A DNA stretch of 64,000 nucleotides from the human T2T-CHM13v2.0 reference genome, Homo sapiens. Under the pieces are notes generated by a model that ran no database searches, was not told where the DNA came from, and saw nothing but the letters and a program-made list of their open reading frames with translations. Every line of letters begins with the position of its first letter. The first letter of the stretch is position 1. The stretch lies in NCBI RefSeq assembly GCF_009914755.1, contig NC_060930.1; one strand, given 5' to 3'. Both the position numbers and the translations under genes were made by a program. Of the stretch, positions 26,699-38,982 are shown piece after piece.

Positions 26699-27499
26699 CT
26701 GCAGCAACACACACAGTTATTGTCATTCCTGGGTTCAGTACTGTAAGCCCGGACCCATCTTCCCCACTCCCTTTGCACCCGAGCTTCCCATTTCTCTGCC
26801 CTGTTCAGGTCCCAGGGAGAAGGTGGTCATCCCTGCACATGCCCTGGTCCTCCAGGTGAAGAGCACATAGGAGCCAAGGAGTTCACGAAAGTCATTGAAT
26901 TTCACCCTCAAACCCCAGCTGACTGTGAGGCCATCCCACATGCTTCATGTCTCCAAAATATACAGACAAGGGGAAGGGCCACATTACTGAGGGCAGAGAA
27001 GAAGCTTAACCCTGGAATGAGAATTGGAAGGGACAAATATCCAAACCATATCAATGACGGCAATGAACGAAGGATACTTGCTCACATTGTGTATACTGCT
27101 CTTTGAAAGGATTTCAAAAACCAAGGTAAATTTTCTAAAATGACCTCTGTTGAACATCTGACAGCAGTACTTCCTCCTTCCTGAATTCTTTAATTCCTTG
27201 GCTCATGTGACAGCATATTCTCCTAATTCTTCTGCTTCTCTGCTTCTCCATTTTTGTTAAATACTCCTCTTTGGATGTTTTGTTAATCATGTATCTTTGC
27301 ATTAATTTTGCCTTTTCAAGATATTTCATTAAAATATGATTTATTACTGAGTTCTTTTGGTATCCCCCAAATTTTGCACCTAAGCCAGGTGCATCCCCTA
27401 CATCACCCTAGTCCCAGCCCTCTTTTCCATTCTTCCTCTTAACATCTGACATTCTACATTCACTTCACTCTGTTACAAATCATTATAGATATAATTATA

Positions 27500-29170
27500 A
27501 ATGTGTGTGAACTAAGAAAAATAAACAAGAATTTGTCCTACTGGATACTAACACACACTACAATGTCATAGTAATCAAAATACTAGGACACTGGCACAAG
27601 AAGAGACAAACAGAACAGTGGAACAAGATGGAACTCAGACACAGGCCCACCTATAATGGGAGCTTTCAGTATAGCAAAGGAGACACTACTAACCTATGGG
27701 GAAAAGGTGAACTATTTAGTAGTTGTGGGAACACACTGGCCCATTATATAAAGAAAAATAAAACATGATCCCCATCAAACACAAAGATGAATCCCAGATG
27801 AATTAAAGTAGTAAATGTGAAATTTAAAACTGTAGGAGATGTTTTAAGAGTATCTTTGATATCTCAGTATAGGGAAGACTTCTTTTAAAAAAGACACACA
27901 AACAAAAATACAGTTGATGGACTTCATTACAAAATATTAAGGATTTCTCTTCAATAAAGGAAACCAAGGAGACAGTTGCCAGAAGTCAGATTAGAGGAAA
28001 ACATTTGCAATGCCTAAAACTGACAAGGGACTACTAGCAGGACTATATAAGGATCACCTGCAAATCAATAAGAAAATGATGGAAGCACATAGTACAAAAA
28101 TGGACAATGAATGTGAACAGGCAATTTATAGAAAAGGAACCCCCAAGTGGCTAATCAGTCCTAATTATAGCCCCAATTATTAGTAATTAAAGAAATGCAA
28201 AATAAAACAGCATATTTCTTTATGCACATGAAATTGGCAAAAGTTAGAAAACTGGATAATGTCCAGTGTTGAAGTCCATTTAGGAGTTGCAGGACAATTA
28301 GAGTACTGACAAAGGAAGTTCAGATGAGTACAGCCATTCTGATGAGAAGATGAGCAGTGTTTAGTCAAATTAAGGAGCTGCATCTCCAGCAACCCTGCAA
28401 CCCCTTTCTAGGATACATACATTCCAGGGATGCAGGTCAGGCCCACATGTATATGCAGTTCCATGTGAGATACAAGCATTGCTTGCAATAGTAGAGAACC
28501 AGGAATGATCCAGGTATCCCAGGAGCAATGTAGATATGTGGATTAATATGATTTGGATATTTGTCACTTCCAAGTCTCATGTTGAAAATTGATCCCCAGT
28601 GTTGCAGGTGGGGCCTGGTGGGAGGTATTTGAATCATGGAGGAGACCCTCATGAATGGCTTTGTCCCCTCTCCGGGTAATGAGTGAGTTCTCACTCTATT
28701 AGTGCACATGAAACCTGGTTGTTAAAAAGAGGCTGGCACCTCTTTCTATGTCTCTTTCTCCCTCTATGACCATGTGATGCACTGGCTCCACTTGCCTTCC
28801 ACCATGAGTAAAAGCTTCCAGAATCCCCCAACAGAAGCAGATGCTAGTGCCATGTTTCGCGTACAGCCTGCAGATCTGTGAGCCATTTAAAGCTCTTTTC
28901 TTCGTAAATTAGGTAACTTCAGATATTCCTTTATAGCAATGCAAAATGGACTAATGCATGGACATATAAAGTAAAATACTATGGAAGATTTGGAAGAAAC
29001 AAACTGGATGTACAAAATTAGATCTATAATTTAATGCCATTTTGGTTAATTAAAAATACATGTACACTGGACACTACTACATATTACAGAGGATCTATGC
29101 AAATAAAAGGAAACATCAAATTCATTAAAATGTTTACCTATGAGGTAGGGGTAAGAGGTTAGATATGGGA
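27500..29170 (+). mobile_element. Ancient L1ME-like fragments in DPA1 intron 4
   Basis: A-rich decayed L1 ORF2 and 3' sequence; approximate limits. Confidence 0.55.
28544..28958 (+). mobile_element. Solo MST (MaLR) LTR
   Basis: MST-type sequence, ...GGACTAATGCA end, 5-bp TSD TGGA(T/C). Confidence 0.85.
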
Positions 29171-30000
29171 GTAAGGACTGGAGATAAAAGGGACCAAATA
29201 AATCAAGGGAGAGAGAGAGAGCTCGGAGGCACCAATGATGATCATATAATGAACTGAGAAGTTCTTAACCTTTTGTACCTGAGGTCCAGCATGAATAACA
29301 ATAATAATAATGAATTAGATGTGGTCATCTGCATGGAAGTTCACTGTCTAATGCTAAGAGAATTCCCAAAACATATAAAAATATAAAGCATGGTGAGTGT
29401 TATGATAAATAGAAACCTGTAAGATCTCTGGAGGGGCATTTTTTGTGTGAACATTGCCATGGAATGAGTCCAAGTAGAGACAGTAAGTAGTTACAGGCAC
29501 CCACCACACTGTGTTGTAATTATGTATAGAAATATAGATCTGACTCCATTATTTGGCAATGGACTCTGGAGAATTTGAACTTGGTCTTTTCCTTCACAAA
29601 ATAGGGTGAATAGGACAGTGGATAAACAGTCTTGGATCCAGACTTTCTGGATTGGAAGCTAGCCCTACTACTTCATAGCTGTGGGAACTTGATCAAAGTG
29701 CTTAAAGTCTCTGTGTATGTAAAAAGATGTAAGTATCTCTCATGTGAAATAGTGAAAATAATAGTACCTACCTCAAAGACTATGTGTGAGAATAAAGTGA
29801 GTTAATAAATGTAAATCCTCAGAATAGCGCCTGACCATATTAACTACTCAGTTAGTTATCGGTGTTGTTGTTGTTATGTGGCTGAATGCTTTTAACCCAT
29901 TAGAAGATCAATGAACACTTATCAGATTGAATTTTTCCTCCCTTCCTTACATTCTACAAATCCTAGGGCCTCCTCTTTACATTCCCACCTTTACAGTATT

Positions 30001-30155
30001 TCACAGGGTCCCCTGGGCCCGGGGGTCATGGCCAGAACGCAGAGACTTTATGATGAGGACGGTGCCCACGATGATGCCGACTAGGCCCAGCACCAGGCCC
30101 AGGGCACAGAGCACAGTCTCCGTTGTCTCAGGCATCTGGATTGGCTCTTGGGCCT
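30001..30155 (-). CDS. HLA-DPA1: HLA-DPA1 exon 4 coding part (connecting peptide, TM, cytoplasmic tail, stop)
   Basis: EAQEPIQMPETTETVLCALGLVLGLVGIIVGTVLIIKSLRSGHDPRAQGTL*; exon continues to donor at 29989. Exons total 100+246+282+155=783 nt (260 aa). Confidence 0.98.
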
Positions 30156-30369
30156 CTGGGGGAAGAATGAAGAGATAGGGTCAGGAGGTGCAGTGAGGGT
30201 GGTGATGGCCTGGGATGGTTGTGGGAATTGAAGGTTATGGACCAGTTAATTGGATGTTAGGACGAGGAGAGGACTGAGACCCAGCCAGTGCGGAAAGCTG
30301 GTGCAGAGGACACCAGGTCTTTGGAATAGAGGATGCCAGGAGATTATGGAGAGAAAAGCAGTTGCATAC

Positions 30370-30651
30370 CCCAGTGCTTGAGGAGCGGCTGGTCCAAGCC
30401 CCAGTGCTCCACCCTGCAGTCATAGAAGTCCTCTGCTGAGGGCACAAAGGTCAGGTAATGGAACTTGTGGAAGCTGTAATCTGTTCTGGGCAGGAAGAGG
30501 CTCTCAGCGACACCCTCAGTGACCAGCTCCCCGTTGCACAGCCACGTGACGTTGAGCACTGGTGGGAAGAACTTGTCAATGTGGCAGATGAGGGTGTTGG
30601 GCTGGCCCAGCTCCACAGGCTCCTTGGGAAACACGGTCACCTCAGGGGGAT
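30370..30651 (-). CDS. HLA-DPA1: HLA-DPA1 exon 3 (alpha-2 Ig domain)
   Basis: 282 nt, AG/GT bounded; [31 protein letters not shown]...YDCRVEHW. Confidence 0.99.
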
Positions 30652-30991
30652 CTGGAAGGAGACAGCACCAGGTTAGGCCCCTCTTCTGGGATGAATCACA
30701 AAGGCTCCACCTCTTAGGGGAGGGTGGTCCTCTACCTCAGCCTTAGATTTTATGGCAGCTCTGAATCACAGAGAGGGGTATCACACCACTGACCAGCCTC
30801 ACTCTGCTCACCTTTCTCTCTCCTGAGAAGAGAGGATGCAAGCCCTTGCTGTAGTGGGATCAGCCCATGGCCACTAGGGGAAGAGGATCACACAGCAGGG
30901 GGCACTTAGGCTTCCTAGTCTGAGGGTGGCAGAGAGGCCCTCTCATCCCTTCCAGTTGGGCTACAGAGGAAGAGGCAAAGATAGGGCGTAC

Positions 30992-31237
30992 CGTTGGTGG
31001 CCTGAGTGTGGTTGGAACGCTGGATCAAGGTATTCAAGTTGTTGTTCAATATAGCAATGTTAGCCAGCCCGCCCTGAGCCTCAAAGGAAAAGGCTTGGCC
31101 AAACTCCTCCAGATGCCAGACGGTCTCCTTCTTGTCCAGATCCACATAGAACATCTCATCTTCATCAAATTCAAACATAAACTCCCCTGTTGGTCTATGC
31201 GTCTGTACAAACGCGGCATAAGTTGACACATGGTCCG
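30992..31237 (-). CDS. HLA-DPA1: HLA-DPA1 exon 2 (alpha-1 domain), DPA1*01:03-type
   Basis: 246 nt; [32 protein letters not shown]...QAFSF...TQATN (M31, Q50, T83). Confidence 0.99.
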
Positions 31238-32044
31238 CTGCATAAAGACAGTAGAGAAAAACACGACAAAATGTCAGTTTGAATATGCAAGTGGTCAAAG
31301 CTAGAGAATGAATAAAGACTTATGAATATAAAAAGGAAGAAGGTAAGAGGTCAAAGGAAGGACATATGGGGAAGAAGAAGGAGCAACACCATAAAGGAAA
31401 TAATACAGAGCAGATGAGCAGTTATAAAAAGAAAGGAGCAAAGAACAAAATGAAAAGTTTATCACTGATAAGTCAAGCTGCTTCCTGGTCTTTGAAAGTC
31501 TGGGCATCCTGACCCTACACAATAGTAATAGTAACAATGACAGCTAACATTTGTTGAGCACTTACTTGTGCCAGGCATCCTTCTAAATACTTTACATATT
31601 TCACTCGCTGAATTGTCACAATAACCCTATGAAGCAAATACATATCATACATTTTACAGGTAAGGAAATGCAGGGAAGTTACATATTAATAACTTGCTAA
31701 GGTCATACGGCTACTGGCGGAACTAGTAGAGAGGTTTTCTCTCCCATTAAGATCTTAATTTTTCTATGACACAGATGTAAAATTGTTTTTAGAGTCATGG
31801 GGGTGGGGGAATGGACATTTTCTTTTTCTTATTATAGAAAAGGTAGAAAAAAATACAAAATTGAGAGGAAGAAGAAAATATCCTTCAAATTTTAGGGCTC
31901 TTGACAGTTTTAAAGTTTCTGTCTTAGTTTATGAACATGAAACTGTAGAATGTATAGCTTTGTTGATAATATTTTTCATTTGGGGCATATAAATTCAAAA
32001 GTACAGTACAGTTATTTTGGCATTTGTTCCAAACTTTTGTTTCC

Positions 32045-32167
32045 TTTTTAAAAATATTTCAACATTTATTTTATGTTCAGGAGTACATGTGCAGGTTTGT
32101 TGTATAGGTAAACTCATGACTTGGGGGTTTAGTGTACAGATTATTTCATCACACAGGTACTAAGCAT
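32045..32167 (-). mobile_element. Very short L1PA 3' end
   Basis: L1 3' terminal sequence flanked by TC(C/T)AAACTTTT direct repeats. Confidence 0.7.
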
Positions 32168-34821
32168 TCTAAACTTTTCTTACATTTATATTTTGATTTT
32201 TGTTTTAGAGGCCAACTAGAAATTATTGCTGAGTTTGGAACACCTGTAGGATTTAATTTATTTTGTTTCTTAGTCTTTATTAGTTTGTAAGAATTAGCAA
32301 AGATAAGAGGATAAAAGCAACTATTATCATGAAAGAAAACGATGAATGTGTATGTGAAAGTCTGGGTTTAGAATGATAAATGCATCAGAGTGAGAAGGAA
32401 CTACGGGACTCTTCTGCTCTCACCTCCCAACTCACAGATTTCCCTGTGAGTTTTCAGCCCTGACATGTGGGGACCCAGTCTGTGCTTGGCCACTTACAGT
32501 GACAGGAGAATGACTCCTTGCCACTGTAATTGTAAGTGTCTAGAGGGTATGACCTGTGTCTTATTTTTCACTGAGAATGACTCCCTGACACAGTAAGTGG
32601 CCAAGCAAAGAGTGGTATTTGAAACTAAACAAAACAAATCCTATAGGTATTTCACTAGGAAACTTAGCTTGCTCCTCAGTTTAAAGGACTCAAAGGACTC
32701 ATCAGGAAAAAGAGGGTAAAATAAAAAGACACAAAGTCCTCTAGCAGTTATTGGAAACTCATCTTCTTAATACATGAATGTCCCTTGTACTTTTTAAAAT
32801 GCTTTTTAAAAAACACTTTCACAAGTTCTGCAGTCCAAAGATCAGCCAGCTATGGAACAGATTATTTTTCTTCAAAATATCATTTCCATTCAGACAAAAA
32901 TATGTATTAAAAGACTACTATATGTCAAACACTGTTAGATGCTAAATACCCAAATAAAAATAATACATACGTCCTGTTCTGCAGACGCGTATAAGTCACA
33001 GAAGGAAACACAAGTGACAGGACAACAGCAGGTTCAGAAGGATAAGTGCAGATACGTAGGTATACACAAGATGCGACCAAACAGCACATCAGGGAAGGCT
33101 TCCTGGGGAACAGATGGCTTCAATGTAGGCATTCAGAAAACAGGGCAAAAGCCACTTCTCTCAGGGAAGACAGCCTGACCGGGAGAAGATACTGAGTTTA
33201 CTGTGGGGCTATTGCACTTAGAAGACCTGAAAGTCATCTAAGGAGAAATAATACATAGATATTTGTGGATTATGGGTGGTCTCAGGAGAGGAATTTAGGC
33301 CATAGAACTGAGAGTCATTAGTGGCAGGTGCAGGTTAAATAAGATTTTCCAGGAAGAGTGCCAAAAATCAGAATTGCCGAGATCTCAGGGTATAATGAGA
33401 GAACATGATAGTTAAGAGGTGGTTTAAAAGATGATAAGGAGGATCCAGGTAAACAGGAGAAAAATAAGGACAGGGTAGTTCATCAGAAAGAAGTGGATTA
33501 TAGTGCAAATGTTATTAGTAACTCAAGTCAGAGGCACTGAGAAGAACCCACTGAATTTGACCTTCTGTAGAGGTTCCTGATGGCCAAGATGAGAGGATCC
33601 TCAGGGATGTACCAGAGACAAGTCAGAAGCTTAGCTCCACGTGTGAGGACACAAAGAAAGTGTCTCTGGGACAGGATGCAGACTGAAGGCAAGGTTGTTT
33701 TTTATCAGTTGGTTTGCACTTATGTTTTTAAGGTAAATGACATGTTTAAATGTTAAGAGACTGGGCAGGGAAGCCCTGAAGAGACAGCTGAGCTCATTAG
33801 GAATTTCTACCAAGAATACTAAAAAGTATTTGCATCTATGAAGAGAAGCCTATTGTGGTGTTTATTATAACATAACATTAGAAATAACTCAGGTGACCGC
33901 GAACAGGGCAATAGATACTTCTGGTTCTACCCAGCCTGACCTCCTCTTTATTCTACACATCTTAAATAAAACTGTCTGAAGCCAGTGTGCATCTTGTACG
34001 TTATGGATTCTAACCTTCCCCATCACTAGATTTTGGAATGACAGCATCATGCACAGGCTTGATGTCATTCTCCCTGATTTCAGCTACAGGAAAAAGGAGC
34101 ATTCACTACGGTCCATCTCTGGCTGAGTCCTTGCAGCTATCAAAAGTCTAGGCCTCCCTTGCAGTCCTGAATCTCTCAGAACCCGAATCACAAGGCTATC
34201 AAGACCATGCAACCCTGCTGTCTTGAGAGAGGAAAGCTTGTGACCACCCACAAAGACCCAGGAAGAGCCCTAGGGTCCTAGAAGAGAGGGAGGATACAGA
34301 AACACTCTTTGCACTTCGTCTCCTAATGCAGAGTCCATAGCTCGGAGTTCCTGTAAAGCAGCCACAAAAGATAGAGGCTGGGGATCCCAGAGAGATAGGA
34401 GGGCCCTGATAGTAGGTCACTGTGTGCAGGAATCTGGGGAAGGCAGTGTATGACCCTCAGAGCTGGGTCTGGACTTCAAACTTGGCTCGTTGATCTGCTG
34501 TGTAACCTTGGAAAACTTATTCATCTTTTTGAGCTTCAGTTTTTTCAAAATAATTTCTAAATAAAAGGAATAATTTCTAAATGAATGGAATATTATCTTC
34601 ATTGAAGATTCCTGTGAGATGTAAATGGGGAAAGAAACTATGCAGGAGTCTCATAAATTCTGGCTGTTATTGCTGTTATTATTATGAGGGCCAGAGGGAA
34701 CATAGACTATGAGGACCAGATAGATCAATGAGCCCCTAAAATCTGTGATCCCTGAAGCAGCAATTGATGTGAACCACCCCATCACTCACCCCGACGCTCC
34801 TGCGTCCTCCTGAGCACTCAC

Positions 34822-34921
34822 CCTTGATGGCCCCAGCTCCTCGGAGACTCAGCAGGAAAGCCAAGGAGAGGGCTCTCAAGATCACAGCTCTGATATGGAA
34901 CATTCTGTCTTCAGGGCGCAT
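34822..34921 (-). CDS. HLA-DPA1: HLA-DPA1 exon 1 (signal peptide)
   Basis: ATG at 34921; MRPEDRMFHIRAVILRALSLAFLLSLRGAGAIK; donor GTGAGT. Confidence 0.99.
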
Positions 34922-35058
34922 GTTGTGGGGTCTATAATTGATGACTGTGAGCACAGGAACAGTGATGAGGAACTGAGGCCGAGTGGAGGCAGATGAGACT
35001 GAAACTGTGGGCCTCTAGCACTGGAAATGGGTGGAGAGGAATCAGCATGGCTGGGATT

Positions 35059-35125
35059 CACCTATCAGAGAAATCATAGAGCTGACATTCTCTGTTGCTG
35101 GGTAAAGAGGACGCTGGAAGGTGCT
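35059..35125 (-). promoter_or_regulatory. DPA1 SXY module
   Basis: X1/X2 CCCAGCAACAGAGAATGTCA (35083-35102), Y-like CTGATAGGTG (35059-35068), S-like CACCTT upstream. Confidence 0.85.
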
Positions 35126-37182
35126 GGGGAAGAGATGGGAGAATTTTAGGTACCAGCGTGGTCAAGAGAGCTCCAGTTCACAGTTCATTTTCAGAGTTAG
35201 AGAAAGAGATGTAAAAAGATAAGTTACACCTTCTTCTGACGGCAAATGTTTTCCATTATGTTCCTTCTCCCGAGCCCCACCCCCATCCCAGACAGTCAGA
35301 TGATCTTTGATGTTTTTTGGTCACTATATTTTAAATCATGTTTTATGTTATGTTGTCAATATTTTACAAAAATATTCTGCTGATAATTAAGAATGAATGT
35401 GCTATCTAATAAAATATATAATTAATCTTTCTTTCAGGTCCACCTCCCTGAGATACCTCCTTTTTATTTAATCATTTCTGCAGAAGTGTTATAATTTCTA
35501 TTTAGAGGTTTTAATTAACTTGAATGAAGTTGATCTTTAATTGTTTATCTATTCCTGGTTACCTTTGTTAGTGAAATTTCTAGATAATTTTTATTTTTCA
35601 GATTTCTTAGTATTTGATTTTTCCTGGTATTTAAACAGTGTAATAACATTTTTATCTTTAAATTACTAGTCTTGTTATTTCATTTTCATATAAGAATACC
35701 CAGGACAGCATTACCTGTGGTAACAATGTGCGCCCATATTTTGATCTTGTTTTTAAGAAGGGTTTCTCTAATGTTTTTCTGTTACAGGTAATGTTAATTT
35801 TTTATTTTATATTCTCTTTACCATATTTAAGAAATACTTTTCTAGTCTCATTTTAAATATTTCAATTTTGAGCTATTTATTTGATACTCATAGAGAAGGT
35901 CACAAAACATTTACTATTTAATGTAATGATGAAGTACATATATTACGTTAATATTTTATCTTATTTGTGGTAGCCTTACCTTGCATAAATAATAATTACT
36001 AACAGATTAGGACATGAGAGATTCTGTTATTAGTGCTTTGCATGCATTACCTCATTTAAACCTCATATTAAACCTGAGGGAGGTATTATTAATGTCTACT
36101 GTAAAAATAAATTACCTGAGACATCGAGGAAGTATTTGTCTAATTATCTATGGCAGGTAAATGACAAGGAGAAAAGTCCCACCCAGGCAGTTACTAAAAA
36201 AACTGAGTTTTTCTCCACAATCCTCTCCTGGCCCCTTAATCCTACTAGACACCTTCTACTACATAATTATTTTCTTCTCTTGCATTTTACATGCTAGCCT
36301 TCTATTTACATTTTAATATTGATTTAAAGAAATGATGCCAATTTGATTTTTTTTGAAATTAGAATTGGTGGTCCAACAGGATCACATTTATAAGTGTCTA
36401 AAGTAAGAAGTAATGTTCTTTGAAAGTTTGTAAAAATATTCACTCTAAACAAAATAGAATCAGATGCTTTGAAGGAGGTGGGGTCTTTGATGATTTTTTT
36501 TCACTTTCTTCCTTATTTACCAGTCAATTTATATTCTCTATGGACTTTATTTTTCCAAAGCAATTTCAGACCTATTGATCTCATTTGATCTTAAGAGCTT
36601 TGCTATAAGGCAGGTTATATCATCCCCATATTGAAGACAAGGAATCGAAGTCCAAGAGAGGCAGTGTCGTTAAAGCTGCATATTTACATGGTAGGGTAGG
36701 TGGTGTGTCCACGCTCCCAGTGTAAGGTCCCTAGACTGAGCCCTCCTGACCCTGATGACAGTCCTGTGGAAGAACCTGGTAACTCCTGCACATCGCAGGA
36801 CTCACAGACCTCTGGGAGAAAGTAAATATGAATGGGTGCTAATCTTAAACACACCCTTGGACAAAGGCAAGACAGACAGACTCAGACCTCATTTGAGTTC
36901 TGAGATGGGTACTCTAATCCCTCTAAGTCATGCCACTGAATGACCTTTTACACACTAAGATAGCACTTTTTCCACAACAGACCATGTCCTGTGGGTGTGT
37001 GAGGTGTGGCAGAATTGGGGAAATGATAATCCCTGTAGATGGGCCAGCAGAATATTTGAGATCACCTTCAGAGCAAAGAAAACGCATAATCTCCCCAAAC
37101 ATCATGACTTATCTGACTGGTTAAAATGAGTATCACTGTCTTTCCTCCGTCATCTTAAGTGCATCACAGGCTTTATATTTTC

Positions 37183-37270
37183 AGACCTTTCATACTAACT
37201 TTCTGCCTAGTGAGCAATGACTCATACAAAGCTCAGTGTCCATTGGTTCTTTTCTCAGACTCTGTCCAAT
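37183..37270 (+). promoter_or_regulatory. DPB1 SXY module plus CCAAT box
   Basis: S AGACCTTT at 37183; X1 CCTAGTGAGCAATG at 37206; X2 TGACTCA at 37218; Y ATTGG at 37242; CCAAT at 37266. Confidence 0.9.
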
Positions 37271-37392
37271 CCCAGGGTCACAGAAGACTACTTGGGTTCA
37301 TGGTCTCTAATATTTCAAACAGGAGCTCCCTTTAGCGAGTCCTTCTTTTCCTGACTGCAGCTCTTTTCATTTTGCCATCCTTTTCCAGCTCC

Positions 37393-37492
37393 ATGATGGT
37401 TCTGCAGGTTTCTGCGGCCCCCCGGACAGTGGCTCTGACGGCGTTACTGATGGTGCTGCTCACATCTGTGGTCCAGGGCAGGGCCACTCCAG
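37393..37492 (+). CDS. HLA-DPB1: HLA-DPB1 exon 1 (signal peptide)
   Basis: MMVLQVSAAPRTVALTALLMVLLTSVVQGRATP; donor GTAAGA. Confidence 0.99.
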
Positions 37493-38272
37493 GTAAGAGC
37501 CGAACTGCCATTCTTGGAGGGTCTGGCTCAGGGAACAATTCCTAGGGGACGTTATCTTTAAGGGATCAAATTCTGAGACAGGCTGCGGGGGCTCCTGCCC
37601 TAAGGCAGTGTCCTCTCTTCCCAGCTAGAGAAAGAGGTTCATCCCCTATAGGATAGCTTGCTACCCTACTGGCCTATTCTCTCTCCAAGGACATGGGTAC
37701 AGTAAACAGAGAGAGGTGCCCAGTGGTCAGTGTCTTTGGGGAAAATGGGACCAAGAGGTCCTGGATAACCTTGGACAGACAAGGTTTGCAGAGAGAGAAG
37801 TTGGCAAGTGCAGGCTCCTGGGCGTGTTCATGTCTGCATCCAGCCTGGAGGGGACTCAGGCAGAGAGCCCTAAGCTGGAGTGTCCAGGCTCTGAGGATCA
37901 CTGAGGATTCAGTGCTCACGAAGAATGCCTCTTATTCCCCAGGGTGGAGCAGGAGCCCACATCCCTTGGACAATTAAGGAGAGAAGGGAGGGAGGGGGAT
38001 AGGTTTTAGCCCCTGAAGGCATTCTCATTAAAGGTACTTCTCCCAGCCTCCCCAGAACTTGGTTAGGGTACTAGAGTGGGTTGCGACTTGTAGGAAGAAT
38101 GAGATGAGGTTGTGTGGGTGCATGACAGGGATTGAGTGTAGGTTATCAGACAGCCAAGGAAGCAGTAACCAAGTGAAAAATCTCTTCTTCCTGCTGCCTC
38201 CCTGTGGCTGGTGTAATATTATGGCATCTATGATCCATTGTTTTTCTCTCAGGATACTCTCAGGATATTTCT

Positions 38273-38982
38273 TTTTATATATATATATACTTTAAGTTCT
38301 AGGGTACATGTGCACAACGTGCAGGTTTGTTACATATGTATACATGTGCCATGTTGGTGTGCTGCACCCATTAACTCGTCATTTACATTAGGTATATTTC
38401 CTAATGCTATCCCTCCCCCCTCCCCCCACCCCACAACAGGCCCCGGTGTATGATGTTCCCCTTCCTGTGTCCATGTGTTCTCATTGTTCAGTTCCCACCT
38501 ATGAGTGAGAACATGTGGTCTTTGGTTTTTTGTCCTTGCAATAGTTTGCTGTGAATGATGATTTCCAGCTTCCTCCATGTCCCTACAAAGGACATGAACT
38601 CATCCTTTTTTATGGCTGCACAGTATTCCATGGTGTATATGTGTGCATTTTCTTAATCCAGTCTATCACTGATGGACAGTTGGGTTGGTTCCAAGTCTTT
38701 GCTATTGTGAATAGTGCCGCAATAAACATATGTGTGCATGTGTCTTTATAGCAGCATGATTTATAATCCTTTGGGTATATATCCAGTAATGGGATGGCTG
38801 GGTCAAATGGTATTTCTAGTTCTAGATCTTTGAGGAATTGCCACACTGTCTTGAGATACCATCTCACACCAGTTAAAATGGCGATCATTAAAAAGTCAGG
38901 AAACAACAGGTGCTGGAGAGGATGTGGAGAAATAGGAACACTTTTACTCTGTTGGTGGGACTGTAAACTAGTTCAACCATTG
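38273..38982 (-). mobile_element. L1PA with 5' inversion (twin priming)
   Basis: Antisense 38273-38851 plus sense 38852-38982; 18-bp TSD TACTCTCAGGA(T/C)ATTTCT. Confidence 0.95.
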
